DNA of 64,000 nt, taken from the IMG/VR virus record IMGVR_UViG_3300002461_000499; one strand, written 5' to 3'. Positions within the stretch are counted from its first letter, which is position 1; each line of letters starts with the position of its first letter. The notes below the pieces were generated by a model, which searched no databases, was not told where the DNA came from, and saw only the letters and a program-made list of their open reading frames with translations. A program made the position numbers and the translations under genes. The stretch is from an uncultured virus (IMG/VR IMGVR_UViG_3300002461_000499). Lineage: Duplodnaviria > Heunggongvirae > Uroviricota > Caudoviricetes. Shown piece by piece: positions 19,094 to 30,121 of this stretch.

Positions 19094-19304
19094 TCCCGGA
19101 TTGTCAACCCCGCCCGATGCAAATGTCGAAGGCGGGATCGTTGAATCTTACGTGATTGATCCGGCCGACATCCGCCGGGATGGTGACGGGTTTCTCGACC
19201 TGGGCATCAAAAACGGCGTCGTCACGAAAATCAATATGAAACGAAAAGGCACGTATCACGGCAAACGATACGACCGCCCGATTCAAAAATTCACTTATAA
19301 GTAA
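19074..19304 (+). CDS. Small protein resembling the tail-tube N-terminus
   Basis: GGIVESYVIDPADI...IKNGVVTKINM vs GGIVKSFAAKLSDI...ITSGVISNFTM in 33014..33562. Confidence 0.45.
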   Translation: MVNIFNDPGLSTPPDANVEGGIVESYVIDPADIRRDGDGFLDLGIKNGVVTKINMKRKGTYHGKRYDRPIQKFTYK

Positions 19305-19312
19305 ATCAGACA

Positions 19313-20269
19313 ATGAAAAAGATTTTTCAAAAACTTGCCTACGGGCTGCCGTTGCTGCTGTTTATCGGTATGTTTTTACAATGTACTGAAAATCAATCAG
19401 ATACGACAAAAAAGACTGAAACGGAAACGAAGGTCGTCAGCGATTCGGTCGCGTCGCCTGAATGGTTCTGTTCGGCAATCGAAAGGTACCCGGCCGACGC
19501 CAACAGTGCGCAACGCGCCGTCGGCGGCAAAAACAAATTCTGGCAGACAGGAACCGTTTTGCGCATCGGCTTTATCGGCGGAACGGCTTCGCAAATTGCA
19601 GCCGTCAAACAGTACGCCCCTGAATGGGTCGCGCCCGGCGCCGCAAACCTGACGTTCAGTTACCCGACATCGGGGCCGTACGACATCCGGGTCGCATTCA
19701 ACCCGAGCGGCGGCGCCTGGTCATACGTCGGAATTGACGCGAAACTCGAAACGAATCAGAACAAACCGACGATCAATCTGGGATGGATCGGCCGCGACGT
19801 AATCTGTCACGAATTCGGTCACGCCCTGGGCCTGTTTCACGAGCATCAAAACCCGAACGGCGGTATCTGTTTCAACGAGGCGAACGTCATTGCCTCATTA
19901 TCAGGCCCGCCGAATAACTGGTCAGTTGCGCAAATCCGTTTTAATGTTCTCGACAAACTGAACGCAAACGACGTATTAACAACGCCCTGGGATCGTGTTT
20001 CCGTCATGCACTATAATATCCCCAGTTCGTGGACATGTAACGGCGTCGGCATCCCCGGCGGCGTTGTCATTTCGCAAACTGACAAGGACTTTATTCGTGC
20101 CCGTTATCCTGGAACCGTTGTTGTTCCGCCTGTCACTTCCGTCACCCTGACGTCAACGCAAATCGACGAGATCGTGACGATGCTGAATACCCGACAGACT
20201 GAAATCGACACGACCGCCGCCCGCTGGCGCTCGACAAGTACACGAATCAGAACGATACTGAAAAGGTAA
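19313..20269 (+). CDS. Lipoprotein metzincin metalloprotease (astacin/M12A-like)
   Basis: HEFGHALGLFHEH zinc motif, Met-turn SVMHY, WSYVG; signal ending MFLQ/C. Confidence 0.88.
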   Translation: MKKIFQKLAYGLPLLLFIGMFLQCTENQSDTTKKTETETKVVSDSVASPEWFCSAIERYPADANSAQRAVGGKNKFWQTGTVLRIGFIGGTASQIAAVKQYAPEWVAPGAANLTFSYPTSGPYDIRVAFNPSGGAWSYVGIDAKLETNQNKPTINLGWIGRDVICHEFGHALGLFHEHQNPNGGICFNEANVIASLSGPPNNWSVAQIRFNVLDKLNANDVLTTPWDRVSVMHYNIPSSWTCNGVGIPGGVVISQTDKDFIRARYPGTVVVPPVTSVTLTSTQIDEIVTMLNTRQTEIDTTAARWRSTSTRIRTILKR

Positions 20270-20805
20270 TGACGAACCCGACACAAAGTTTGCTGGTCGA
20301 CATTATGCTCGAATTACAACAGGCGCTCCGTGATGAAATGGCAGCGCAAGGGCATACGTTGACCGGCAAACTTTCGGATTCGATCACGTTCGAGATTTCG
20401 ACCGACGGATCGGAAGCCGTCGCGCAAATGTTTTATGAAGATTACGGCATTTTTGTGAATGTAGGCGTCAAGGCGCAAAACATCCCGTTCGGCGGCGGTC
20501 GGTCGAAGGGCGGAAAATCAAAGTACATTCAAGGCTTGATCGACTTTTGGGAAAATCGCGGTTTGTCAGGGCGCGAAGCAATCGGGGCCGCATTCGCGAC
20601 CGCGCATGTTCACGCCCGCGACGGTATGCCGAGCCGGGCAAGTTATCAGTATTCCAGCACGGGGGAACGTACGGGTTTCGTCCGTGATGCGCTGGAAAAG
20701 CATATCGACAGAATTACGGGCACGATAGAGGAAAGGTTTGGCGCTTCGCTTGAACTGGCATTTGCCGAACAAATACGAACACTCGAAAACGTATCCGTCG
20801 CATGA
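20269..20805 (+). CDS. Probable neck/tail completion protein
   Basis: GHTLTGKLSDSI...YGIFVNVG motif; directly upstream of the tape measure. Confidence 0.6.
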   Translation: MTNPTQSLLVDIMLELQQALRDEMAAQGHTLTGKLSDSITFEISTDGSEAVAQMFYEDYGIFVNVGVKAQNIPFGGGRSKGGKSKYIQGLIDFWENRGLSGREAIGAAFATAHVHARDGMPSRASYQYSSTGERTGFVRDALEKHIDRITGTIEERFGASLELAFAEQIRTLENVSVA

Positions 20806-23800
20806 AATTAATATTTGAACTCGTTGTTCAGGACAATAAAGCCGCCGTACAACTTGACCTGTTGAAAGGTAATTTGCGCGAAATCAACAAGGAATTAAAA
20901 CTTGTCGATCAGGACAGCAAAGCCTTTCAATCGCTCGTCGAGGAAGCCGCTACGACCCGGACTGAAATAAAGAAATTGACCGATCAGCAAAAGGAACTCC
21001 GAAAGGAATTTCAGGCGGCAACCGTGCCGACCGATTCGCTGGCCGGATTGCGCATCGAGTATTCAAAACTCGTTGAACAAATCACGAAATTAACGAAGGC
21101 CGAACGGGAATCAGACGCCGGAAAGAAACTGATTGCAAACGCCGGGGCCGTTAAAAACGAGATCAACGAAATTCAGGAATCGGTCGGCAACTTTACCGGC
21201 AGCGTCGGTAACTATAAAGGCGGCATCCTTGCCGCATCCGAAGCCCTGGGCATATTCGGCGGCACGCTGTCGAATCAAACGCAGTTGCTACAAACGGCCG
21301 TTTCTGTACTGGAAACCGGCGGCGCCGCTGCAAAAAAGTTCTACGACATAACGAAGGCGGGCGGACAGGCATTCCGCGATAATGTTTCCCAGTTCCGGGA
21401 ATACCTGTCCGGCTTGCGTGATTCAAAGAAAGCGTCTGACGAGGCGGCGAAGTCACAAGGCGACGTCGCTGACGCTGTCGAGGAAGTCGCCGACGGCGGC
21501 GAAGCGGCGGGCAAAGGACTGGCCGAAAGTGCAAAGGGCGCCGGGCTGTTGTCGCGTGCTGGCGGGGCGCTTGGAGGCGTCCTGAAAGGTTTGGGCATCG
21601 GCCTGATTATAACACTCGTTACAAGCCTGATCGGCGTATTCACCCGCTTCGCACCGGTGATCGACTTTGTCGAACAGGTTGTCGACGGATTGTCGGCAGC
21701 GTTCGACGTCCTTGTTTCCCGAGCCGCAAAACTTGTCACGGCGTTCGGGAAATTCTTTTCAGGTGATTTTTCAGGGGCGTTCGACGATGTCGGCGACGCT
21801 GTTTCCGGCCTGGGGGCACAAATGGTCGAAGCCGCCGCCGCCGCCGCTGCATTGCGCAAGGAAATGCAGGATTTGGAAGATGCGCAAAAGGATTTTGAAC
21901 TGACAACCGCCCGCAATGAAGCGGCCGTCGCGAAACTGACTGTCGCGCTGAAAGACCGTACAAAATCCGATAGTGACCGGCTGAAACTGGCCGCGCAAAT
22001 CACAAAAATCGAGACGAACAATTTGAACGAAAAAACGGCGCTGATCGACAAGGAAATCGACATCGAACGCCGTCGCCTGTTGTTGACCGGACAGGTAACA
22101 AAAGAACAGGCCGATCAGATTGCGGCGGGCAATTTCGTTCTTGCTCGTCAGTTGGAAGATGAATTCAAATTGCAAGCGGATCAAACCGACCGCATTCGGG
22201 AACTGCTGATTAAACGCACCCAGGCCGAGGGCGAATCGGCCGTCTTGCTGGAACGTATCGACAACCGTCGAAACGCCATTCTTGAAGATCGTCAGGCACG
22301 TCAGGAACGCGCCGCACAGAAAGCCGCCGCCAGTGCGGAAAAGGAAGCGAAAGCCCTTGAAGCGCAAATCGCGCGTATCCGTGACCTTGAAAAATCTATC
22401 CGTGACCTTGACGCGTCGACAATCACGAATGACTTTGAACGTCAGGCTGTCGAGATCGAGAACAAACGCGCCGAGGCACTCGCAAAGGTCGGCGAAGCCC
22501 GTGACGTCCTGACAAAGAAAATCGCTGAACAGAAAGGCGTATTAACCGAGGCCGACAAAAAGGAACTCGCTTTGATTTCCGAACAAACCGGGTCGATCAT
22601 TGCTGCATACGATTTACAACAGGACGCACTATCAGAAGCCCGCGACCGTGCGGTCGAAAAGCAAAAGGCGGAACTTGCCGCCCTTACCCTTGACATTGCG
22701 CAACTTGCCGAGGAAAACGCGCAACGACTTGCCGAGGCTGAATCAGAAATCGCGAACGCTGATTTCGCACAACAGCGCAACGAATTACTTGCCGTTCTGA
22801 ATGAGCGAAAAAAGGCACTGACTGAACAACTGATCGACGGGTCAATCAGTCAAAAGAAATTCAAAGAGGAATATTTGCGCGAACAGGAAGCGTTTAACGT
22901 CGGCAACCTGGAACTTGAACGCAAGCGGGCGTCCGAAATTAAGCGCATAAACGACGAACTCGAATCAGCACGGATCGAAGCCGCGAAGGCCGCACTTGCT
23001 GTTCGCCTTGCCGCAATTGAAGCCGAAACAGAAACAGAAATTCAGGCAGCAAAAGACCGGGCGAAGTCGGAAGGCGGCGACGCCGGGGCGGCAATCGACG
23101 CGATTAAATTGAAGGCAATCGAAAAGCGTACGACGGCCGAACTTGATTTCGATAAAACTGTCCGTGATGCAACCGAGGCGAACAAACAAGCGCAACTCGC
23201 AGCAATCAAGGACGTCGACGCGGCGAATGAAAAAACGCATCAAGATCAAATCGCACGGATCGAAGATGAAAAGGAACGGCGAAAGCGTTTGCGGGATGCG
23301 ATTATCGAGGCAACACAGACGATTGCCGGGGCCGCATTCGAGATCGAACGCAACAGGATCGACCAACAGGCGACGGCACAAACGGCCGCACTTGACAAGG
23401 AATTCGAGCAACGGCGGGAACTTGCGCAAGGCAATACGGCCGAACTGGAAGCGCTCGACAAAGAGTATCAGAAACGGAAAGAAGCAATCGAAAAAGAGGC
23501 GGCGCAAAAACGCAAACGCCTTGCCGTCACGGAAGCGATAATACAAGGCGCCCTCGCTGTCGTAAAATCCTTGCCGAACCTTTTACTTGCAGCTGTCACC
23601 GCTGTCGCAACGGCAGCACAGGTCGCCGTCATCAACTCGCAAACCTTTGCGCAAGGTGGTATCGCACAGTTCCGCAAAGCCGGAATGTTCAAAGGTCGTT
23701 CGCACGCGCAAGGCGGCGTCAACGGGTATTTTTCCGACGGTACGCGTGTCAATGTAGAGAAAGACGAGGTGTTCGTCATCCTGAACAAACGTGCATCCCG

Positions 23801-24089
23801 AGAACTGGCCGGCCTGTCAGAACACAACTATCGTCACGGCGGTCGACGCTTCGATGCGGGCGGTTCGCTTGACTTTACGCCACAATTCCCGATCCCGAAC
23901 GAAAGCGGGCAAGGGCAAATCGTCATCATTGCACGCGCCGAGGTTTCCGACGAAAGTGTCGAAAAAATGGCCCGTGAAATTGCCGACAAAACATCAACGA
24001 AAACCCAAAACGCAGTCGTCGCCGGGCTTGACGAACGGAACCGGACTGCCGAGCGGGAATTATTAATGGAAGAAAGCCGACAGGTATGA
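20802..24089 (+). CDS. Tail tape measure protein
   Basis: 1095 aa Ala/Glu/Lys coiled coil, SVGNY, hydrophobic segments, C-terminal FAQGG..G.SHAQGG. Confidence 0.88.
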   Translation: MKLIFELVVQDNKAAVQLDLLKGNLREINKELKLVDQDSKAFQSLVEEAATTRTEIKKLTDQQKELRKEFQAATVPTDSLAGLRIEYSKLVEQITKLTKAERESDAGKKLIANAGAVKNEINEIQESVGNFTGSVGNYKGGILAASEALGIFGGTLSNQTQLLQTAVSVLETGGAAAKKFYDITKAGGQAFRDNVSQFREYLSGLRDSKKASDEAAKSQGDVADAVEEVADGGEAAGKGLAESAKGAGLLSRAGGALGGVLKGLGIGLIITLVTSLIGVFTRFAPVIDFVEQVVDGLSAAFDVLVSRAAKLVTAFGKFFSGDFSGAFDDVGDAVSGLGAQMVEAAAAAAALRKEMQDLEDAQKDFELTTARNEAAVAKLTVALKDRTKSDSDRLKLAAQITKIETNNLNEKTALIDKEIDIERRRLLLTGQVTKEQADQIAAGNFVLARQLEDEFKLQADQTDRIRELLIKRTQAEGESAVLLERIDNRRNAILEDRQARQERAAQKAAASAEKEAKALEAQIARIRDLEKSIRDLDASTITNDFERQAVEIENKRAEALAKVGEARDVLTKKIAEQKGVLTEADKKELALISEQTGSIIAAYDLQQDALSEARDRAVEKQKAELAALTLDIAQLAEENAQRLAEAESEIANADFAQQRNELLAVLNERKKALTEQLIDGSISQKKFKEEYLREQEAFNVGNLELERKRASEIKRINDELESARIEAAKAALAVRLAAIEAETETEIQAAKDRAKSEGGDAGAAIDAIKLKAIEKRTTAELDFDKTVRDATEANKQAQLAAIKDVDAANEKTHQDQIARIEDEKERRKRLRDAIIEATQTIAGAAFEIERNRIDQQATAQTAALDKEFEQRRELAQGNTAELEALDKEYQKRKEAIEKEAAQKRKRLAVTEAIIQGALAVVKSLPNLLLAAVTAVATAAQVAVINSQTFAQGGIAQFRKAGMFKGRSHAQGGVNGYFSDGTRVNVEKDEVFVILNKRASRELAGLSEHNYRHGGRRFDAGGSLDFTPQFPIPNESGQGQIVIIARAEVSDESVEKMAREIADKTSTKTQNAVVAGLDERNRTAERELLMEESRQV

Positions 24090-24379
24090 GATTTAAAAAC
24101 ATGGCCCGCATGGGTACCGTAAAACTGTTGCACATCGTCGAAACGCTGACGGAATTTAAAACCGGAAAGCGGGCAATCGCGAAAGTGTCCTTTGCCTGGA
24201 ACATCGGTTTCGGGTATCACCGCCGCGTCGAGGAAAACAGCGTCGTCGAGTTCTATTTGTGTCCGTTTACCCTCGTGACGATCACAACGTTTTCACTGGG
24301 CGGAACGATCCCGAATGCAAATGCCGGATTTGCCGCCCGCCTGGAAGAAACATTCACCGAAAAAAATGAAATCGTATGA
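24086..24379 (+). CDS. Hypothetical protein
   Basis: ATGA-coupled on both sides. Confidence 0.5.
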   Translation: MRFKNMARMGTVKLLHIVETLTEFKTGKRAIAKVSFAWNIGFGYHRRVEENSVVEFYLCPFTLVTITTFSLGGTIPNANAGFAARLEETFTEKNEIV

Positions 24380-26088
24380 TCGTCATAACGAAACAGCCGC
24401 CGCACATTGAAGATTTTTTCGATGAACAGGCGCCGCCCGTGCCGCTGTCTGATTGTATCGAATATTGTTTGCAGCCTGATTCGGCTGACGTATTCGTTTC
24501 AACCGGGGCGAAAGCAAAGGTCGTCATCACAATTCCAGCGACAGCGTCGACCGTTGCCGACGGCACGCCTTTCACAATCTGGGGTCACGATTTCATGGTC
24601 GATTCAGCGACGCCCTTTTCATCCGAATCATTCGAGGTTGAAACCGTCGGATTGCTGACAGCGTCAAACCTGGGCAATATGTTTTCCGCGAACATCTTTT
24701 TCCGACGCGCTACGACGCAAACCCTGGAACTTGACGGGTCAAATTTTGTCCTGACTGTCGAATGGCGCGAATGCCGCGAACAACCGAATTTCGCCGGTAC
24801 AAATATGGATTTGGCCGTTTTCTCGTCAATCGGTGGCAGTGCCGTCGCAACGAACGGCGTCAGCCCTGTTTATGTCGAGGCGTACCGGTTGCTTGTCGGC
24901 GCCGCCCGATGGGACGACACGACATCTTTTTATTTGCCCCTGGGCGCCCTTGCCGGTTTGGAAGTCGAAAAATTATGCGACACGGTCGGCGAATTGTGCC
25001 TTGAAATAAACCCGAGGGTCGCCGACGACCTGTTTACCTTGCTGCCTGAACTGACGAATACATCGTTCATCCCCGCCGAGGTCAACGGCCGGTCAATGAT
25101 GCAGTATTACGCGCTGCAATACGGTTGGACTTACCGGGAAAATTGTGTTCCGAAATCCGGCACGACAAAAAATTCCGATCTTGTTTTGGCGCTGAACGCC
25201 GCATTCGACATCGACGACCCGTATCAGATTCGTCGGTACTGGAACGGGCATCCCGACGGGTTCCCGCCCGGTCAATTCGTGCCCGATTTCCTTTCGACAC
25301 AACCGAAAAAAATAAAGTTGTGCCGCGATTCTTTCAAATGGCTTTGGTTGCTGAATCACTGGCACGACGAGGGGTTCGGCGCTTATACCCTGATTGCCCG
25401 ATGGGTTGAACAGGATGCAAACGGCAACTATGTCACCGAATACCGCGAAGTTATAAGCGACCCACTGACGGAAGATGCACAGCCTTATCAGCCTGTTTCT
25501 TTCAACGCATCACCGGGGCATTTTTACGACATCCTGGGCGCGTCGCCGAATTCGCCGACGTATTTGATTCAAGTCATCGGCGTCAATCCGTTGGATCACG
25601 AAGAAATTTATTTCAACGCATCCGAATACCTGGAATTCAACGTCGAACGCTGTTGCGACGATCATACTGATTTGTACTTTCTTGGCCCGCCCGGCGGCAT
25701 TGATACCGTCGTCGCTCGTGTTGATAAAGTTGAAACCTTGCAAGCGGACGGGCAAGAAATTATCGTCAATATCCCGTGTGACGCGTCGCGTTCCGACCGG
25801 GCATCGTACGGCGGTCGCACGCTGACGGCCGTACGTGCATATCAAAAAGTTTATATCAGCATTGAAGGCGCCCGGAATGATGAATGGTCGCGATGGATGA
25901 AACATTTACGGCAGTCGCCGCAAAGGTGGATTCGTGTAAAGGATGAAGGCGGAAACCCGATTGCAAAAAAAATCCTGTTTGAAAACGGGGCCGTCATTAC
26001 GAAGCAATCAGGCGGCGGCGAACCGTTTGAATTTGTAGGTTATTTGCAGGACATACCGACCCAACAGGGCACGGAAAAAAGGTTTTGA
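24376..26088 (+). CDS. Probable tail/baseplate structural protein
   Basis: Downstream of the tape measure; LYFLGPPGGIDT and L.QSPQ.W pattern. Confidence 0.6.
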   Translation: MIVITKQPPHIEDFFDEQAPPVPLSDCIEYCLQPDSADVFVSTGAKAKVVITIPATASTVADGTPFTIWGHDFMVDSATPFSSESFEVETVGLLTASNLGNMFSANIFFRRATTQTLELDGSNFVLTVEWRECREQPNFAGTNMDLAVFSSIGGSAVATNGVSPVYVEAYRLLVGAARWDDTTSFYLPLGALAGLEVEKLCDTVGELCLEINPRVADDLFTLLPELTNTSFIPAEVNGRSMMQYYALQYGWTYRENCVPKSGTTKNSDLVLALNAAFDIDDPYQIRRYWNGHPDGFPPGQFVPDFLSTQPKKIKLCRDSFKWLWLLNHWHDEGFGAYTLIARWVEQDANGNYVTEYREVISDPLTEDAQPYQPVSFNASPGHFYDILGASPNSPTYLIQVIGVNPLDHEEIYFNASEYLEFNVERCCDDHTDLYFLGPPGGIDTVVARVDKVETLQADGQEIIVNIPCDASRSDRASYGGRTLTAVRAYQKVYISIEGARNDEWSRWMKHLRQSPQRWIRVKDEGGNPIAKKILFENGAVITKQSGGGEPFEFVGYLQDIPTQQGTEKRF

Positions 26089-26089
26089 T

Positions 26090-28745
26090 ATGGCAAAAAA
26101 TACCGTTGTAACAATTACGAATTTGCCGTCCGAAACCGCTGCATTGTTGGGCGGGCGTACGTCTGTCGACCTGGAATTGCCGGGCAAATATTCTGTTCGA
26201 TTAAGTAAATCCGTCGAACAATTATCGGTCGTGAATAAAATCAGCGTCGAGGGCGCATTGGGATTTTCCGCCCCGTTCACCCCGATTAACAACACGATAT
26301 TTGCTGAATACATGACGCCCTTGACACTTGACCCGAGGGATACTTTTTTTCAGTGTCACGTTCTGATCGACGGCATACCGATTCAGTTTTCCCGGTTATT
26401 CGTCAGGCGTAAAAATACACGATCCCGCCAGTGGGAACTGGAACTTGCACGCAACCCGGATCACTGGGTCGAACTCGCTTCGCAAGTCAAAACGAACGAA
26501 CTTGATTTCGGAACCTTTCAAATGGCCGGCGTCAATATTCTTGCATCCTGGGACGTGCCCGCGTACGAAGGTGATTACCGGGATTTATCCGGCGGGTACC
26601 CTGTTTACTGGCCGCTGATTGATTACGGCGGATGGGCCGACCAGACGTTGCCGCCGCAAGGCGCGACCGGTCGTTTCAAGTCCGTCGCGGTCGAAGATTT
26701 CCGCCCCTGGCTTTCCTTCAAATACATTTTACAGGCCGGTTTTTGCAAAATTGGGTGGACAATTGATTCGGTTCTGTTTGAATCTGACGTGTTTAAAAGG
26801 TTGTGGGTTTACGCCTTGCGCCCTGATTATTACATCGCGTCGGAAAATCAACGAGGCGGACGGGTGAACGGCGGTATCTATACACGGCAATTATTCAACG
26901 ACGGCGACAAACTTCTTTTGGAAGATGTCAACGTCCTGGCCGATTATCGCGTCATTGATAATTCAACTTTACCTGTCAAGCGATTCGCCGGGGTAAAGAA
27001 CTTTCCGGGCGTTGCCCTGAAATACCGGTTCTTTTTCAAAGGTGAATTTCATAACGACAGGGCGTTACCTTTTACCGCTTTCTTTTCCGTCATGGAAGTC
27101 GAGGAAATCGGCGGCGCCTATACATTCACCGGCGAAGATTTGTCCGCTGCACCCCTGCAAATTGACTTTGCACCGAACGAAAAAAAATCGGTCACGTTCG
27201 ATCAGACTGTGACACTTGCGCCCGGTCAAATGGCCGCAATTCATGTTCCCGTCTTGCCGAACACTGTCGGCTTTTTTATTGAAAAGGGGTTTTATTTTGC
27301 CGTGTATCCGGCAAACGAATCGTATATGACGGATGACATTATCGACGTTCGCCTGTCCGTGTCTGACGATATGTCCATACTTGATTGGACAAAGGCTTTT
27401 GTTCAGTGCGCGAACGGTCGGCTTGAAACCGATTGGGAAACGAAAACCGTCACAGTCTTTCCGAACAAAACATCAAATGTTTGGGGCGAAGTCGCGCCGG
27501 GCTTCCTGTTGNNNNNNNNNNNNNNNNNNNNNNNNNNNNNNNNNNNNNNNNNNNNNNNNNNNNNNNNNNNNNNNNNNNNNNNNNNNNNNNNNNNNNNNNN
27601 NNNNNNNNNNNNNNNNNNNNNNNNNNNNNNNNNNNNNNNNNNNNNNNNNNNNNNNNNNNNNNNNNNNNNNNNNNNNNCCGAATCAGGTCGAACCGATCTT
27701 GAACCCGTTCATTGAACCGACTATCGAGGGAATACCGGCGGAACTTGCGTCCGGCGCTGGCGGTCGAAACCCGCTGCCGTACTTGCCCCGGTTGTGGGAC
27801 AATACCGAGGGTCGACGATCATTCACGATTGCCCCGCGCGTGTTGTACGCATACGGAAACATTCAACAGGAAAACCCGCGACCGGTCAATTCCGTCAATC
27901 AATTCACGTCGCTTTTTTTCAATCACGAATCGAACCCCGCAAACACTGGATTGATAACAACGTTCGGTTACGCAACGCAGTCGCCGACCTGGCCGATCAT
28001 ACCGACGCCGTCATCGGTCGTCGACTTTGTGTTCGGGGTAAAGTCTCGTGACCTGTTCACGACCTTTTATCTGGGCTACACGCAGGACAACCGATCAGGC
28101 ACGGTTGCCGACCTGTTGATGACGATGTCAATGTCCGATTATATGCAATACAATTTCCGGTCGTTGTTCAGGTTCAAACACGAGGGGTTGCCAATTATCG
28201 CGCCGATGATTTCAATACGCGACTTTGTGCCCGGAATAACCCCGGCGCAATTTTTCGTCGAACCTGCTGACCTGGATTGTTGCGACCTTCCGTGCGGATG
28301 TCAATTTGTCGAATGCGAATACTATCAGGATTTGTCGCCGAAAATGCGACAATCAACCCTGAACACCTGGCGCGTCGCTTCCTTTGTCGTCGACGGCGTC
28401 GAACTCATTACGACGCCGGTTTCTTTCGGCAGCCTGAAAATAATCGACATCGGTGGCAAGCCTTACCCGACAAACCTTGTCGACGTACTGAACGGGATCG
28501 GGGCGCCTTACTTTTCCTTTGAATATTCGACCCGAGAGGAAGCGGGCAAAGGCTTGCGATTTTTCAAAATGAAACATTTGGCTTGTCACGATTTTCGTAT
28601 CCTGATTACTGTTTCCGGCGATGACGGGTATCAGTACACGCAAGAATCACAAGGACAGGCGATTTTTCAAGCCGGGTTCGCCGCGATGGGATATGCCGTC
28701 GAGATCGACGAACCTGAAAATTGTTTAACAACAACAGAATATTAA
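26090..28745 (+). CDS. Probable tail tip/hub protein, interrupted by an assembly gap
   Basis: Protein-like sequence on both sides of the N run (27512-27677); YWPLIDYG, DFRP motifs. Confidence 0.65.
27512..27677. other. Assembly gap (N run)
   Basis: 166 undetermined bases. Confidence 0.99.
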
Positions 28746-28749
28746 AGTC

Positions 28750-29550
28750 ATGCCAGTCAAAAGAAAACCGAAAGTCGGCGAAGCGGAAAAGCAAGCCGTC
28801 GAACTTTACAACAGATTCAAGGAATTGCACCCGATGTCGAAAGAAAAATTCGTCCTGACATCTGCAAATGTTCATCGCTGGAACTGGTCAATCAAACAGG
28901 CAGAATCGCGTAACAGCGTCGAACGTCAGCCGTTTGGTATGCCTGACGACCGGAAAGCGAAAGTCCTTGCGAAGTCACGCGCGGTCGGTACGTTCAGCCG
29001 TATGCCGCCGATGACGCGTGACCGGTTCCTGACTTTGGCATCATTATTTCCCGGCCGTAAAGTGTACGCGACAGGGTCACGCATCACCGGGGAATTTGTC
29101 GACGCCGATTCGCCGTCAAAGATTCGCACAATGCGCGTCGCGTTGATGAAAGCGGACAAGGTTGTCAGCGATTACGACGTGACGCTCGATTTCAAACCGG
29201 ACGATGTTTTCGACGAGTTAAAAGCACGCGTTCCGACCTGGGGCGACCTTATCCTGAACGTTCCAAAAGATGAACCGAAAGTCGAAATACCTATGTGGGA
29301 CTTTGAAAAACTACCTGTCGAACTTCATTCGGTTGTCGTCGACCTCGTCGAACGCAAACAATGGGGTCAACTTATGTCGATACATAACGACTACGACCTT
29401 TCGGGTACGACGTTCTGTTGTGATTCGGCACCGGCTGAACGTTGGTTCACCTGGGCCGTCGATACCGGCGTGATAAAAAAACAGGTACCCGAGCAAGCGC
29501 CGCCGCCGAAACCACCGAAACCGCCAACACCAAAACCAGAACCCGGATAA
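28750..29550 (+). CDS. Nucleotidyltransferase-like protein
   Basis: VYATGSRITG ... SDYDV resembles the pol-beta superfamily GS..DhD motif with a longer spacer. Confidence 0.55.
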   Translation: MPVKRKPKVGEAEKQAVELYNRFKELHPMSKEKFVLTSANVHRWNWSIKQAESRNSVERQPFGMPDDRKAKVLAKSRAVGTFSRMPPMTRDRFLTLASLFPGRKVYATGSRITGEFVDADSPSKIRTMRVALMKADKVVSDYDVTLDFKPDDVFDELKARVPTWGDLILNVPKDEPKVEIPMWDFEKLPVELHSVVVDLVERKQWGQLMSIHNDYDLSGTTFCCDSAPAERWFTWAVDTGVIKKQVPEQAPPPKPPKPPTPKPEPG

Positions 29551-29822
29551 TGAAACATAAACGCCTGTTAATCAATTGGTTACAAAACTTTATAGAGGTT
29601 ATTTGCGAACTTTCGGAACACGACTTTCGCTTGCATGTGTATTCGGGGCAATCAACGCTGTTCGTTCCTGACGATATTCTTTTGATCCTGAAACGTCGGT
29701 CGATCATTGAATCGACTGCAATGCCGAATGACTATTTTTTCACATTCACAAACGATTCGGGCGCTGTTGTCGTCAAAGTTGCCGCCGATCCTTTGTTGAA
29801 AAACGGGCTTGTATTGAAGTGA
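29550..29822 (+). CDS. Hypothetical protein
   Basis: ATG 29550 overlaps the upstream TAA. Confidence 0.5.
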   Translation: MKHKRLLINWLQNFIEVICELSEHDFRLHVYSGQSTLFVPDDILLILKRRSIIESTAMPNDYFFTFTNDSGAVVVKVAADPLLKNGLVLK

Positions 29823-30121
29823 TAAAAGATGCACAAATTAAAAGGCTTGAACAGGAAATCGAACAGATCAAGCGGCAACGGTTTGAACTGATGGCGATTC
29901 GGCTTGCGAAACATCTTGACCTTGCTGATTGCGACAACTTCGACGACTTGCCCGGCGACATCCGCGACTTGCTGAACGGCTACAAATATTTTGACCTGAT
30001 TTTCCCGCTTATGCAAAAAGATCGGGACGAACTTTCGTTGTCGTACCGGCAACTTGAAATCAAGTACGGCGTACCGAAATCAACGATTCAACTGTACCTG
30101 AACGACCCGAAAAAAAAATAG
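29819..30121 (+). CDS. HTH protein
   Basis: C-terminal SYRQLEIKYGVPKSTIQLYL helix-turn-helix. Confidence 0.65.
   Translation: MIKDAQIKRLEQEIEQIKRQRFELMAIRLAKHLDLADCDNFDDLPGDIRDLLNGYKYFDLIFPLMQKDRDELSLSYRQLEIKYGVPKSTIQLYLNDPKKK

Noticed and set aside
26090..28745. Apparent frameshift between ORFs 26090..27715 and 27333..28745
   Set aside because: The frame change spans the N gap, whose length is an estimate; most likely one gene
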